Positions 1 through 9,694 of a DNA stretch of 64,000 nucleotides are shown here, in pieces. This stretch comes from Spirochaetota bacterium. GTDB taxonomy: Bacteria; Spirochaetota; UBA4802; JAFGDQ01. The position numbers were made by a program, and so were the translations under genes. Location of the stretch: NCBI GenBank assembly GCA_043803405.1, contig JAZDKB010000043.1, forward strand, positions 1 to 64,000, in the 5' to 3' direction. Within the stretch, counting starts at the first letter, position 1; every line of letters begins with the position of its first letter. Under the pieces are notes generated by a model, which worked only from the letters and a program-made list of their open reading frames with translations, had not been told where the DNA came from and made no database searches.

Positions 1-16
1 AAATATAGATTATGTG

Positions 17-145
17 CTAATCCATTGTGAAAATGAGAATTTATTCAATAAAAAATTTTTATGCCCCCTTCGGGGGTTAGGGGGCGGGAGTAAAAATTGC
101 AATATAAAAGCAATAATAATCCTTAACTTAATGACATTGGGCTAG
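17..145. mobile_element. Degenerate MITE-like element with CTAA/CTAG ends and an internal GC-rich hairpin
   Basis: Left end ctaatccattgtga matches the reverse complement of the right end, ctagcccaatgtca, at 10/14. Internal cccc-ttcg-gggg hairpin at about 63-86 in AT-rich DNA. Confidence 0.4.
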
Positions 146-289
146 GGGGTGAGTCCTCTAGGCTATTAAATACAATATTTTTATTATGAGACAGCGCCGA
201 CGTGCTGAAACTGGCGCTATACCTCTTGACAAATTGCGTATTATATGAAATAGATAAATAAATATTTTAAACCAGGAATAGTTCAATAT

Positions 290-1180
290 ATGGATCCTTA
301 TGCAATTTTAGGTGTATCAAAAACAGCGACCGATGATGAGATAAAAAAAGCCTACCGGAATCTTGCAAAAAAATATCATCCGGATTTAAATCCGAATAAT
401 AAACAGGCAGAACAGGAATTTAAAAAAGTCAGCGCAGCATACGAACTGATCGGAACTAAAGAGGCGCGGGAAAAATTCGAGAAAGGCGAGTTTAACGAGC
501 AATTCGCGGATTCTCAGCGCAGATCAGGTCCGTTTTATCATGAATTTCAGGACGCAGACAGGCGTTATACGCATTATTACGAAGGCGATGACGAGGATTT
601 TCTAAAATCTTTTTTTTCCGGGTTTGCGGGCAAAGGCAGGAGCATGGATGTGCCGGGGCAGGATCATCTCTATAAAATGGAGATAGAGCTTAAGGATGCA
701 GTGCTTGGAAACGAACAGGAAATTATGCTCGCAGGCGGGCAAAGATTAAAAGTAAAGATACCGGCCGGCGTTGAGGACGGCGCTAAATTAAGATTCAAAG
801 GCCGGGGCGGGGCCGGCACAGGCAAAGGCAAACCAGGCGATGCTTACGTTGAAATATTTATCAAACCCTCTAAGGATTTTAAGCTGGAAGGAAACGATCT
901 TGAGATTGAAGTCCCTGTCACTGTTGACGAGGCTGTAAACGGATTAAAGATAAAAATACCTACAATAGACGGCGCTGTAATGCTGACCATACCTCCGGGA
1001 GCCAATACTGGAACAAAGCTTCGCGTTAAGGGTAAAGGAATGCCGCATGGAAAAGAACGCGGCGATCAGATAGTCGTTTTAAAAGTGGTTCTTCCTGAAA
1101 AGATAGATCCCGAATTCAATGAGTTTATAAAGAGATGGAGTAAAGATCATCCCTATAATCCGCGGGAAAAATCAATATGA
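290..1180 (+). CDS. cbpA: DnaJ-class co-chaperone, CbpA-like (J domain + DnaJ C-terminal domain, no Zn finger)
   Basis: N-terminal DPYAILGV...KKYHPDLN (HPD motif), C-terminal KIPAGVEDG/IPPGANTG; followed by a CbpM-like gene. Confidence 0.9.
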   Translation: MDPYAILGVSKTATDDEIKKAYRNLAKKYHPDLNPNNKQAEQEFKKVSAAYELIGTKEAREKFEKGEFNEQFADSQRRSGPFYHEFQDADRRYTHYYEGDDEDFLKSFFSGFAGKGRSMDVPGQDHLYKMEIELKDAVLGNEQEIMLAGGQRLKVKIPAGVEDGAKLRFKGRGGAGTGKGKPGDAYVEIFIKPSKDFKLEGNDLEIEVPVTVDEAVNGLKIKIPTIDGAVMLTIPPGANTGTKLRVKGKGMPHGKERGDQIVVLKVVLPEKIDPEFNEFIKRWSKDHPYNPREKSI

Positions 1181-1195
1181 TAGGGAGATGACATT

Positions 1196-1483
1196 ATGAA
1201 AGAGAAGATCATATATGAAATAAAGGAAGTTATCGGGTTGTATAAGGTTAATGAAGTATTTATTTATCAATGTATTGAGAAGCAATGGATTACTCCATGC
1301 GATTGCGAAAAAGAGCTGTTAGATAAGGAAGATATTGCAAGGATACTTCTTATAAAAGATCTAAAAGAAATATTCAGTGTAAATGATGAATCAATACCAG
1401 TAATACTCCATTTAATTGACCAGATACACTGGCTTAAGTCCCGCCTGGCTCATTATATGAAAGCAATTAAAGAAAACGAATAA
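1196..1483 (+). CDS. cbpM: Chaperone modulator CbpM (MerR-like HTH)
   Basis: WITP...EDIARILLIKDLKEIFSVNDESIPVILHLIDQIH pattern; directly downstream of cbpA; GGGAG RBS. Confidence 0.8.
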   Translation: MKEKIIYEIKEVIGLYKVNEVFIYQCIEKQWITPCDCEKELLDKEDIARILLIKDLKEIFSVNDESIPVILHLIDQIHWLKSRLAHYMKAIKENE

Positions 1484-1494
1484 AGAGGTCTTTC

Positions 1495-1956
1495 ATGAAA
1501 AAAAAAGTCGAATCCGATTATGTTGACCATATAAGTATTGCTGTCAAAGACGTTGTACAGGCCGAGAAGGATTATTCTGAAGCATTCGGATGGGAAGTTT
1601 CAGGCCGTTACGTTGATACAGGTGAGAAGATCAGGGTCAGTTATTTCATGGTAGGGCCGACAGCTGTCGAGGTTATGGAAGACCTGGACGGCACAGGCGA
1701 GGTGGCAAAATTCATCGAGCGGCACGGCGAAGGGGTAATGGTGCTCTCGTTCCATGTGGCGGACTGTGCCCTGGCTCTCGGAGCCCTTAAGGATAACGGA
1801 GCAAAGACACTTGACGGTAAACCGCGTTACTCGAAGGAACTTGGGCGTTATTTTGCATTTCTTCACCCGAAAGTTTACCACGGGGTGTTGCCAGAGGTTA
1901 TCGACGGCAAATATCAGGAAAATAATAAAATTTTTTATTTCAAATCTTCGATATAA
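1495..1956 (+). CDS. VOC/glyoxalase-family protein (methylmalonyl-CoA epimerase-like)
   Basis: DHISIAVKD, KFIERHGEG, FAFLHPKVYHGVLPEV motifs; 3' end overlaps mobA convergently by 22 bp. Confidence 0.8.
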   Translation: MKKKVESDYVDHISIAVKDVVQAEKDYSEAFGWEVSGRYVDTGEKIRVSYFMVGPTAVEVMEDLDGTGEVAKFIERHGEGVMVLSFHVADCALALGALKDNGAKTLDGKPRYSKELGRYFAFLHPKVYHGVLPEVIDGKYQENNKIFYFKSSI

Positions 1957-2507
1957 TTAATATTTTTAAAAACAAGGGCAGGATCTGCAAATTTTATTAT
2001 TGCCGATTCTTCTATTTTCATTAGCGAACTTTTCTCAAATATTTTTATAATTTTATTGTTCCCCTCAGTAACGGTTGCCTTTATATATTCAAGACAATTC
2101 TTTGAATAGATCGTATGCAGAGCTTCGAAATAGCTTTTTACGACCGGTACTGTTATATCGTAATTATCCGAAACCGAGATCATGTATTCGATCAGGTCTG
2201 CATTTAAAAACGGGAGATCGCCCGCAAAACAGAAGTTCTTTTCCGTTTCCGAAATAGTGAGTGCAGTGTAAATACCTGCAATCGGCCCCACGCCCCGGAT
2301 CAGATCCGGATGCGATTCAAATCCGAGATATCCGAATTTTTCGGATACATCCCCGATAATTATTATCCTGCCGAATATTTTTTTTAAAATGCTTGTTACG
2401 CGTTCCAGAATAGGCATGCCGTCTAATTTATATAATAGTTTGTCCTGACCGAACCTTGTGCTTTTCCCGCCTGCTATAACGAAAGCTGTAATATTTTTTG
2501 TCGGCAT
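1935..2507 (-). CDS. mobA: Molybdenum cofactor guanylyltransferase
   Basis: IAGGKSTRFGQDK, GPIAGIYTAL, GDLPF, FKNINY motifs. Confidence 0.9.
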   Translation of the reverse strand: MPTKNITAFVIAGGKSTRFGQDKLLYKLDGMPILERVTSILKKIFGRIIIIGDVSEKFGYLGFESHPDLIRGVGPIAGIYTALTISETEKNFCFAGDLPFLNADLIEYMISVSDNYDITVPVVKSYFEALHTIYSKNCLEYIKATVTEGNNKIIKIFEKSSLMKIEESAIIKFADPALVFKNINYIEDLK

Positions 2508-2900
2508 GATTTAATAGAATATAATTATAAAGAATAATATAACAAATTAAAGTTCTGCTAAATATTTTCGCAATTAAACATTACGAACAAGTGTATGAAA
2601 TATTTTAAAGTCTCTGATGTCAATATTTTTAACTATAGTGAATATGATTTTAGAAAAGAGTCATGTAAAATGTTTTCCGGATTTAAACAGATCAAATTTA
2701 TATTTTGAAAATACATATTTATATTTGACAAAATATTTAGCTAAGTATTAAGAGGTATCATCTAAAATAACGAGTTTTAATTGGATTTCCGTCAATAATA
2801 TCGAAGTTCAATTGTTAATCTCGATTTCAAAAAAAGATAACAGTATTAAAATAAGAATCATAATTTTGCCTTTAAGAAAAAGGCAGGGAGGAAAGAACAA

Positions 2901-4193
2901 ATGTCAAATGAAAATCTGGAAAGCAAGCGGTGGGGTATAGCCATCGCAGCTATTGTTATTCAACTATGTCTTGGCACAGTTTACGCGTGGTCGGTTTTTA
3001 AAAACCCGCTTATGAACATGCACGGATGGGACGGTAAATCGGTTCAATATACATTCATGCTGTTAATGCTCATTATTGGATTAGCTGCTGCATTCGGCGG
3101 TATGCTGGTAGATAAAAAGGGTCCCCGTTTTGTTGCTTCAATAGGTGGTATTCTATTTGGTCTTGGCACTTTAGTAGCAGGTTACGCCGACCAGTCAGGC
3201 AGTATTGGTTTATTATATTTAGGATTTGGCGTTATAGCTGCTTTAGGAAACGGTTTCGGATATGTTACACCTATTGCAACTTTGATCCGCTGGTTCCCGG
3301 ATAAACGCGGTCTTGTCACAGGATTGGCAGTTATGGGTTTTGGAGCAGGTGCTTTTTTCATGGGAAAGATAGCTCCGGCGATGATCAATTCCTTCCGCGA
3401 AGTTGATGCCGCTGGCAAAACAATTACATCCGGTGTTTCAACAACATGGTATATATGGGGAGTTATATTTATGATCCTGGTTGTAGGAGCTGCACAGCTC
3501 TTTAAGAACCCGCCCCAGGGCTGGCTTCCGAAAGGGTTTAAACCCGCTGCTTCTTCAGTTTCTGCTGCTGATTCTTTCAAATTCGGCGAAGCTGTTAAAA
3601 GACCGCAATGGTGGATGCTGTGGGCAATGCTTTGCCTTAACGTTTCAGCTGGCTTAGGTCTTATTTCCCAGCACTCTCCGCTTGCGCAGAATGTTTATAA
3701 GAAAACGATGGATCTTACCGGCGAATTGTCGCCTGAACAGATTGCCATGGTTGCAGCCGCAGGAGGAACAGTTGTTGCAGTAGCTGCAATATTTAACGGT
3801 CTTGGACGTCTTTTCTGGGCCAAACTTTCCGACAATATCGGCCGCCGCATGGTATTTATGATAATGTTTGCTACACAGGCAGTAGTTTATGTGATTGTAG
3901 CAATGGGTTTTATATCCAACTACTATCTGTTCATCGTAGTATCCTGCTATTTGCTGGCATGCTACGGCGGAGGATTCGCAACAATGCCCGCGTTTGCAGC
4001 CGACTCTTTCGGTCCTGCTTACATAGGCAAGGTTTACGGCTTTATGCTTACAGCATGGAGCGTAGCAGGGCTTATCGGGCCATTTGTATTTGAAGCCTTT
4101 AAACCACAGGCGTTGTATATCGCTGCCTGCCTGCTGATAGTCGGCTTTGTAATTGCGATGGTTTTCAAACCCATTCAGCATAAAAAAGCTTAA
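2901..4193 (+). CDS. OFA-family (oxalate/formate antiporter-like) MFS transporter
   Basis: GTVYAWSVF, RWFPDKRGLVTGLAVMGFGAG, FNGLGRLFW, CYGGGFATMPA; many hydrophobic helices; GGAGG RBS. Confidence 0.9.
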   Translation: MSNENLESKRWGIAIAAIVIQLCLGTVYAWSVFKNPLMNMHGWDGKSVQYTFMLLMLIIGLAAAFGGMLVDKKGPRFVASIGGILFGLGTLVAGYADQSGSIGLLYLGFGVIAALGNGFGYVTPIATLIRWFPDKRGLVTGLAVMGFGAGAFFMGKIAPAMINSFREVDAAGKTITSGVSTTWYIWGVIFMILVVGAAQLFKNPPQGWLPKGFKPAASSVSAADSFKFGEAVKRPQWWMLWAMLCLNVSAGLGLISQHSPLAQNVYKKTMDLTGELSPEQIAMVAAAGGTVVAVAAIFNGLGRLFWAKLSDNIGRRMVFMIMFATQAVVYVIVAMGFISNYYLFIVVSCYLLACYGGGFATMPAFAADSFGPAYIGKVYGFMLTAWSVAGLIGPFVFEAFKPQALYIAACLLIVGFVIAMVFKPIQHKKA

Positions 4194-4216
4194 TTCGTAA
4201 TTTATTTATTATTTTG

Positions 4217-4254
4217 AAAGCCCTGCATTGAATATTCAACGCAGGGCTTTTTTT
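4217..4254 (+). terminator. Intrinsic terminator after the OFA transporter
   Basis: aaagccctgc...gcagggcttt stem followed by a T tract. Confidence 0.85.
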
Positions 4255-4266
4255 ATTAAAAAGGAT

Positions 4267-4295
4267 TTGACTTTACCGGTAATAAATAATATTAT
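4267..4295 (+). promoter_or_regulatory. Sigma70-type promoter
   Basis: TTGACT-N17-TATTAT upstream of 4390. Confidence 0.6.
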
Positions 4296-4389
4296 ACAAT
4301 TCAATTTTTAATTGCCATTATTGAATATGTTTTAATGATCGGCGGGAGAATTTTTTTACTTTTTTAATATATTTTGAGGAGTCTAAGTA

Positions 4390-5622
4390 ATGAAAACAAC
4401 ATCAATTGCTTTAATTATTGCCGTGTTATGCGGGTTTTTATACTGCGGCGGCGGTAAAGCCAAAGGCGGGAGCCAGATTCAAAAAACTCCTGAAGACAGC
4501 ATGAGGGGGCAGGAAACGGGCTATGGCACAATTTATGACAATGATACTGCTTTGGCAAGGGATAGAGCTATTGATGATGCAATGAATAAGCTTGTAAAAA
4601 AAATACTCGGAACAATGGTAAGCGGTAGGGCTACGGTAGAGAACTTTGCGCTTGTTGAATCGATTGTAGAAGCAAGATCAACCGGTATGGTTAAGGACTG
4701 GAAGATATTGAAAGAAGGAGCGGAACAGGGCGCATTTATTGTTACTCTTGAAGGAACAGTTTACCCCCAGGCAGTGGATGATACTATTGAAGCGACATTA
4801 AGGAATTACGGAAGGCCAAAATTTATGGTACTTGTTAAGGAGACATTTGAGGGTGTTGAAAACGCACCCGGCAACACTGTTACCGAACTTACCATGATGG
4901 ACGTTATGGGCAGAGCAGGTTTTGAATTTGTGGATGCTGCGGTTACCCAGGAACTTATGAGAAAAGAAAGAAATAAGATGGCAAAGGCAATTGCCGGCAC
5001 AGTAGGCGATGACGTAAAGAACGTACTTCTTGACGATATCGGAGCAGAGGTGCTAATTACTGGAACGGTAAAAACAAATGATCAAAGCCATGTTATGGCA
5101 GCATATTCCAAAGCGATGAAGTCCAAAAGCGCAATATTAAATCTTAAGGCAGTGGATGTTTACACAGGCAGAGTGCTCGCAAGCACAAGCGTAAATCAGC
5201 CAGGCATTCATATAGACAATGATACCGCTTCAAAAATGGCGATTCAAAGGGGCCTTGAAAAGATTCTCGGTAAAAACGATGAAACAACAGGCAAATTTGT
5301 ATCCGGGCCTTTTATGAACCAGATAACAAAAAAATTCCTGGAATCCGCTACACGCAGAATGATTATGCTGAATATCGTAGGCCTGAATTATGAAGAACTG
5401 ACAAAATTCAGGAATCAGATTGAACACAGAGTAAGAGGAATAAATAAAGTTTATAGCAGAGGCCAGGCAGGCAAAACCTCAAAAATAGAAGTTGAGTTTG
5501 CAGGCAAAACCACGGATCTCGCGGATGAGTTGAAAGTAAAAGCTCCGAATCTCGGTTTTCAGGTTGAAATTAAAGAGACATATCCGAACAGGATAATGCT
5601 TACAGCAGTAACAAAAAAATAA
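4390..5622 (+). CDS. LipL46-like lipoprotein (FlgT-N-like N-terminal region)
   Basis: Signal peptide with lipobox-type Cys (GFLYC); ARDRAIDDA, YGRPKFMVLVKE and GFEFVD segments resemble leptospiral LipL46 as recalled. Confidence 0.65.
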   Translation: MKTTSIALIIAVLCGFLYCGGGKAKGGSQIQKTPEDSMRGQETGYGTIYDNDTALARDRAIDDAMNKLVKKILGTMVSGRATVENFALVESIVEARSTGMVKDWKILKEGAEQGAFIVTLEGTVYPQAVDDTIEATLRNYGRPKFMVLVKETFEGVENAPGNTVTELTMMDVMGRAGFEFVDAAVTQELMRKERNKMAKAIAGTVGDDVKNVLLDDIGAEVLITGTVKTNDQSHVMAAYSKAMKSKSAILNLKAVDVYTGRVLASTSVNQPGIHIDNDTASKMAIQRGLEKILGKNDETTGKFVSGPFMNQITKKFLESATRRMIMLNIVGLNYEELTKFRNQIEHRVRGINKVYSRGQAGKTSKIEVEFAGKTTDLADELKVKAPNLGFQVEIKETYPNRIMLTAVTKK

Positions 5623-5645
5623 AAAGTTTTTTTAAAGTTTTGTTT

Positions 5646-5681
5646 AAAAAGGATTGCCTGGGGGGAGGCAATCCTTTTTTT
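5646..5681. terminator. Bidirectional intrinsic terminator
   Basis: aaaaaggattgcct-loop-aggcaatccttttt between convergent genes. Confidence 0.85.
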
Positions 5682-6558
5682 ATTTTAAAAGAATTACTGG
5701 ATAAAGCATGTCCTGGTTTTTATCATAAAGCGCTGCAAATAATTGTCCTTTGATATTCGGTATTTTTATAAATGTATATTGAGCGCCGTTTTTTTCAAGC
5801 GGATGAGTTATTAGCTCCGCGTCACCGTTTATTTCCACTATTCCGGGTATAAAAGTCCCGTCATAGGAAATTTCAAAAATTTCTTTGCCATTGCTTATCT
5901 TTTTTTTGGCAATAATACCGGACAACTCATATTTGCTTTTAAAATGTTCCGGAGGTAACCCGCCATATCCGTTAAAGACCTGGCAGCCATAATAGGAGCT
6001 GAAATTGTTATAAACGCCTTTAACAGATCCGGCGCCTATCCATAAAAATCCGGGACGAAGTATGTTTTTCCTGTGTCCCGGGCTTTTCATCCATCCGTCG
6101 ATCATTATGAAGGCCATTTGCTGCTCAGTAAGCCAGTAAACTGTTTTACTGCCGTAATCGTAATAAACGCCTTTACTGTCATTTTTTACTGAAACAGGGA
6201 TTCCTTCAAAGTTTGCACTGAATTTAACAGTAAGGTTCTCACCGCAATTTCCGCATTTGCCGCCGAAAAATTCAATTCTGTCTTTATGTTTAGCCATATT
6301 TTTTACTCGCGCGGTGTGGTCGAGCGTTTTTATTTTTGAGCAGTACTCAGCCTGCCAGAGCGCGGCTTTTTCAAGTTCAGGATCATACTGCAAAGGTGCC
6401 TGTCCGTTTGTCAGGCGTTCAATATTCGTATAAAATATTATCCATTTGGAAACCAGTTTTATGTTCAGATCCGGTTCAGTCCCAAGATCCCTTGATGTGT
6501 TTGCATGAAGAAAAGCGTAAAAAACAAAAACTGCTGCTATTATAATTATCTTTTTCAT
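5680..6558 (-). CDS. Secreted CAP/SCP-domain protein
   Basis: Signal peptide; YTNIER, GEN, WMKSPGHRKNIL motifs. Confidence 0.85.
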   Translation of the reverse strand: MKKIIIIAAVFVFYAFLHANTSRDLGTEPDLNIKLVSKWIIFYTNIERLTNGQAPLQYDPELEKAALWQAEYCSKIKTLDHTARVKNMAKHKDRIEFFGGKCGNCGENLTVKFSANFEGIPVSVKNDSKGVYYDYGSKTVYWLTEQQMAFIMIDGWMKSPGHRKNILRPGFLWIGAGSVKGVYNNFSSYYGCQVFNGYGGLPPEHFKSKYELSGIIAKKKISNGKEIFEISYDGTFIPGIVEINGDAELITHPLEKNGAQYTFIKIPNIKGQLFAALYDKNQDMLYPVILLK

Positions 6559-6729
6559 AATTTTAAAAATATCCTTTCATTCACAATTTCAAATTTGACA
6601 ATATTGCAGAATAATTAAAACTAATTGTTTAACAATTAAAATATAAAGTATTTTATTTCATAACACAATTAAATTTTTTTATATTATATTTAAGTTGTAG
6701 TATATGAAATCAATTGAGGAAAGATAATT

Positions 6730-7233
6730 ATGGAGAAAATTCATAGCTGCAACATAGTATTGCTTGGCGGCCTTTACGGAGCAGGCAAGACCGAATTTGC
6801 GGTAAAACATTTTCAGAACAAGTCGCGATACAGGATTAGCAGGTCGGAAATTCGCAGACTATTGTTCGAAATGACCAATTTTGGCAAAAAATGGATGCCC
6901 GACAACTTCAATGAAGAGGATGACGTGCTTGTAAAACACGTTGAAAGAAAAATAATCGAGCATTACCTGCAAAATAAAAGAAATGTTCTGGTTGTTAACA
7001 CATTTACGAGCGTGGAGTCCAGGAACCGTTTTGTTAAAATCGCAAAGGACATGGGTAAAACCGTCGGAATAATTTTCCTCGATATTCCTGTGAATAATTG
7101 CTTAAAAAACAATGAAGGGAAACCGCTGGGGGTGCCCGCATACATTGTGCAAAAACTCAGCAATAAAAAAGTGCTTCCTTCCAGGAATGAAGGATTCAGT
7201 GAAGTTATTATTATCACAAATCCTGAGGCCTAA
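6730..7233 (+). CDS. P-loop kinase (AAA_33 / polynucleotide-kinase-like)
   Basis: Walker A GGLYGAGKT; C-terminal PSRNEGFSEV typical of the family. Confidence 0.7.
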   Translation: MEKIHSCNIVLLGGLYGAGKTEFAVKHFQNKSRYRISRSEIRRLLFEMTNFGKKWMPDNFNEEDDVLVKHVERKIIEHYLQNKRNVLVVNTFTSVESRNRFVKIAKDMGKTVGIIFLDIPVNNCLKNNEGKPLGVPAYIVQKLSNKKVLPSRNEGFSEVIIITNPEA

Positions 7234-7449
7234 AGAGAATTTTTGGCCGATATTTTATAATATAATAAATCATCTTATTGACTTACCTGAATAAATAATT
7301 TATTATGATAAACAGGCTTTTTTTACGATTTTAATTCCAGTAGTCGGGGAATCATTTTCTATAATATTATTGACTGAGGTATTTTAATATTTTTTTATTA
7401 TTGAGCCTTCAGGAAAAGTGCAATATAGAAAAATAACGGAGAATTATAG

Positions 7450-7866
7450 ATGGAAGATCTTATTAAATTTACAAACGAAAATCCGGTCTGTTTTTTGGCG
7501 ACTGTTGAGAGCGATCAGCCGAGAGTGCGGGCGCTGGGATTCTGGTTTGCGGATAAAACAGGTTTTTATTTTCAGACTGGATCGATGAAAGAATTTTATA
7601 ACCAGTTAAAGAAGAATCCGAAGACCGAGGTATGCTTTTATAAACCCGGGGACCAAGCAGGCACCATGCTACGTATAACCGGCAAAGTCGAATTTCTAAA
7701 TGACCTTAAAATGAAAGAAAAATGTCTTGCTGACAGGCCTTTTTTAAAGAGCTTCGGTCTTAAAGCAGACAGCCCGTCTTTAATTATATTCAGAATTGCT
7801 CACGGCCATGCGCATTTCTGGACAATGGAAAATAATCTTAAACCTAAAGAGATTATTGAGTTTTAA
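7450..7866 (+). CDS. Pyridoxamine 5'-phosphate oxidase-family (FMN-binding split barrel) protein
   Basis: FLATVESDQPRVR, FYFQT, QLKKNPKTEVCF. Confidence 0.85.
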   Translation: MEDLIKFTNENPVCFLATVESDQPRVRALGFWFADKTGFYFQTGSMKEFYNQLKKNPKTEVCFYKPGDQAGTMLRITGKVEFLNDLKMKEKCLADRPFLKSFGLKADSPSLIIFRIAHGHAHFWTMENNLKPKEIIEF

Positions 7867-7877
7867 TGCGTTTTTTG

Positions 7878-7905
7878 TTGACAAAAATAAATACAGGTAT
7901 AGCTT
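7878..7905 (+). promoter_or_regulatory. Putative sigma70 promoter of rplM-rpsI
   Basis: TTGACA-N16-TAGCTT. Confidence 0.5.
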
Positions 7906-8010
7906 TGTCTTTCCCTTTATGCGGGGGAACTACATTTCGTAATAAATCTATTTATTTTGATAATAATTTAATAACGAATATATATTTAGAATTTTTAAAG
8001 AGGATTTAAA

Positions 8011-8448
8011 ATGAGTTTGCAGAAGACCTATTCAATGAAAGCTGGCGAAATTGAAAAAAGGTGGTTTATTATTGATGCCGAGGGTAAAATACTTGGCAGA
8101 ATTGCTACCAAAATAGCGGATATACTGCGCGGGAAACATAAACCGTCCTTTACAGCCCACCTGGATATGGGCGACAATATTGTAGTAATTAATGCCGAAA
8201 AGATTGTATTATCCGGCACAAAAGAAGAGGATAAACAATATTACAGCCATTCGCATTATCCCGGAGGCATTAAATTCAGGAGCATTAAAAAGATAAGAGC
8301 TGAAAAACCGGAGTATATTCTGGAACATGCCGTAAAAGGAATGCTTCCCAAGAGCAAGCTTGGAAAACAGCTGTTTACTAATTTAAAGATTTATAAGGGC
8401 GCTAAACATCCTCATCAGGCTCAGAAGCCCGAAAAACTGGAAGTTTAA
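8011..8448 (+). CDS. rplM: 50S ribosomal protein L13
   Basis: WFIIDAEGKILGRIA, LRGKHKP, HPHQAQKP. Confidence 0.99.
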   Translation: MSLQKTYSMKAGEIEKRWFIIDAEGKILGRIATKIADILRGKHKPSFTAHLDMGDNIVVINAEKIVLSGTKEEDKQYYSHSHYPGGIKFRSIKKIRAEKPEYILEHAVKGMLPKSKLGKQLFTNLKIYKGAKHPHQAQKPEKLEV

Positions 8449-8492
8449 ACGAAAATAATCAATATACTTTAATATATCAGGAGTTAGTTATT

Positions 8493-8885
8493 ATGGCAGA
8501 TACGCTGAAATATGCAACCGGCAAAAGAAAATCGGCAATAGCAAAAGTATGGCTGAAACCGGGATCCGGTCAGATTATTATTAACAGGCAGCCGATTGCG
8601 GATTATTTTCGCAGAGGAACGCTGGGTTTAATAGTAAAACAGCCGCTTGAGTGCACAGATACTACAACTGCATTCGATGTGTACGCTTATGTAACAGGCG
8701 GCGGATGGTCGGGTCAGGCAGGTGCAGTAAGGCTTGGCATTGCCAGATGCCTGCAGGCAGTTGACGAAAAAAATAAAAAGCCGCTGCGCGAAGCGGGATA
8801 TCTTACAAGGGATTCGAGAAAAGTTGAGCGGAAGAAATACGGCAGGAAAAAAGCGAGAAAAAGCTTCCAGTTCTCAAAACGTTAA
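8493..8885 (+). CDS. rpsI: 30S ribosomal protein S9
   Basis: TGKRKSAIA, GGGWSGQAGA, C-terminal QFSKR. Confidence 0.99.
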   Translation: MADTLKYATGKRKSAIAKVWLKPGSGQIIINRQPIADYFRRGTLGLIVKQPLECTDTTTAFDVYAYVTGGGWSGQAGAVRLGIARCLQAVDEKNKKPLREAGYLTRDSRKVERKKYGRKKARKSFQFSKR

Positions 8886-8913
8886 AAACGATTTTCGCAG
8901 ATATATATTTTAT

Positions 8914-8946
8914 AAAAAAAGAGCGTCATACCGGCGCTCTTTTTTT
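8914..8946 (+). terminator. Intrinsic terminator after rpsI
   Basis: gagcgtc/ggcgctc stem flanked by A and T tracts. Confidence 0.85.
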
Positions 8947-9037
8947 ATTTCAAGTCGTAATGTAATTATCCTGAAATAATTTATTTTTCCTTCCGAATTT
9001 AGTGTAGACTAAATCTGTATATTCGTTAAAAGTATCG

Positions 9038-9664
9038 TTGATGACAGAGATCACAGAAATAAGATACACTGATCCGTATTTTACTGTTTTGCTCAGCACA
9101 GGCGAAAGGTTAAAGCTTCCACCAGAGCTGTATTCGGAACTCTCTCTTTCAAAGGGAAAAATAATTGACAACGAAGAATATGAGCATTTGAAAGAAGAGT
9201 CGGCGCGTCTGGAGTGCAGGGGTAAGGCGTTTAATTATCTTGCGGTACGTTCCAGATCAGGATGGGAGATGCGCCTGTATCTTATTAAGAAGGGATTTGA
9301 TAAAGATATTGTTGAGGAAACCGTATGCAGCCTTAAGGATAAAGGCTATATCAATGATTATGATTTTGCCATTAGCTTTATCAATAGCAGGAAGAATTCA
9401 AGGATTGTAGGCAGAAATGCAATAAAAAGAGACTTGTATAAAAAAGGCGTATCCCGGGAGATAATTAATACTGCTATAAAAAAAACAAATGCCGGCAGGA
9501 TTGATCCGGATGATATATACGGGCTTGCATTAAAGAAATATAATTCGCTGGATAAAAAAAAGAATAAATTATTAAAGGTTGTTTATTTTTTAAAGCAGAA
9601 GGGATTTGAAGAGGATCAGGTAAGGGACGCAGTAGATAAATTAAAGAAAGAAGGTTATAAATAG
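9038..9664 (+). CDS. recX: Regulatory protein RecX
   Basis: AFNYLAVRSRS, GYINDYDFA, LYKKGV, FLKQKGF; no adjacent recA. Confidence 0.88.
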   Translation: MMTEITEIRYTDPYFTVLLSTGERLKLPPELYSELSLSKGKIIDNEEYEHLKEESARLECRGKAFNYLAVRSRSGWEMRLYLIKKGFDKDIVEETVCSLKDKGYINDYDFAISFINSRKNSRIVGRNAIKRDLYKKGVSREIINTAIKKTNAGRIDPDDIYGLALKKYNSLDKKKNKLLKVVYFLKQKGFEEDQVRDAVDKLKKEGYK

Positions 9665-9694
9665 GAAATATATTTTTAATAATAAAAGGCACAG

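Noticed and set aside
7231..7253. TAAA...GCCGATAT sigma28-like motif
   Set aside because: Spacer is 11 nt instead of about 15
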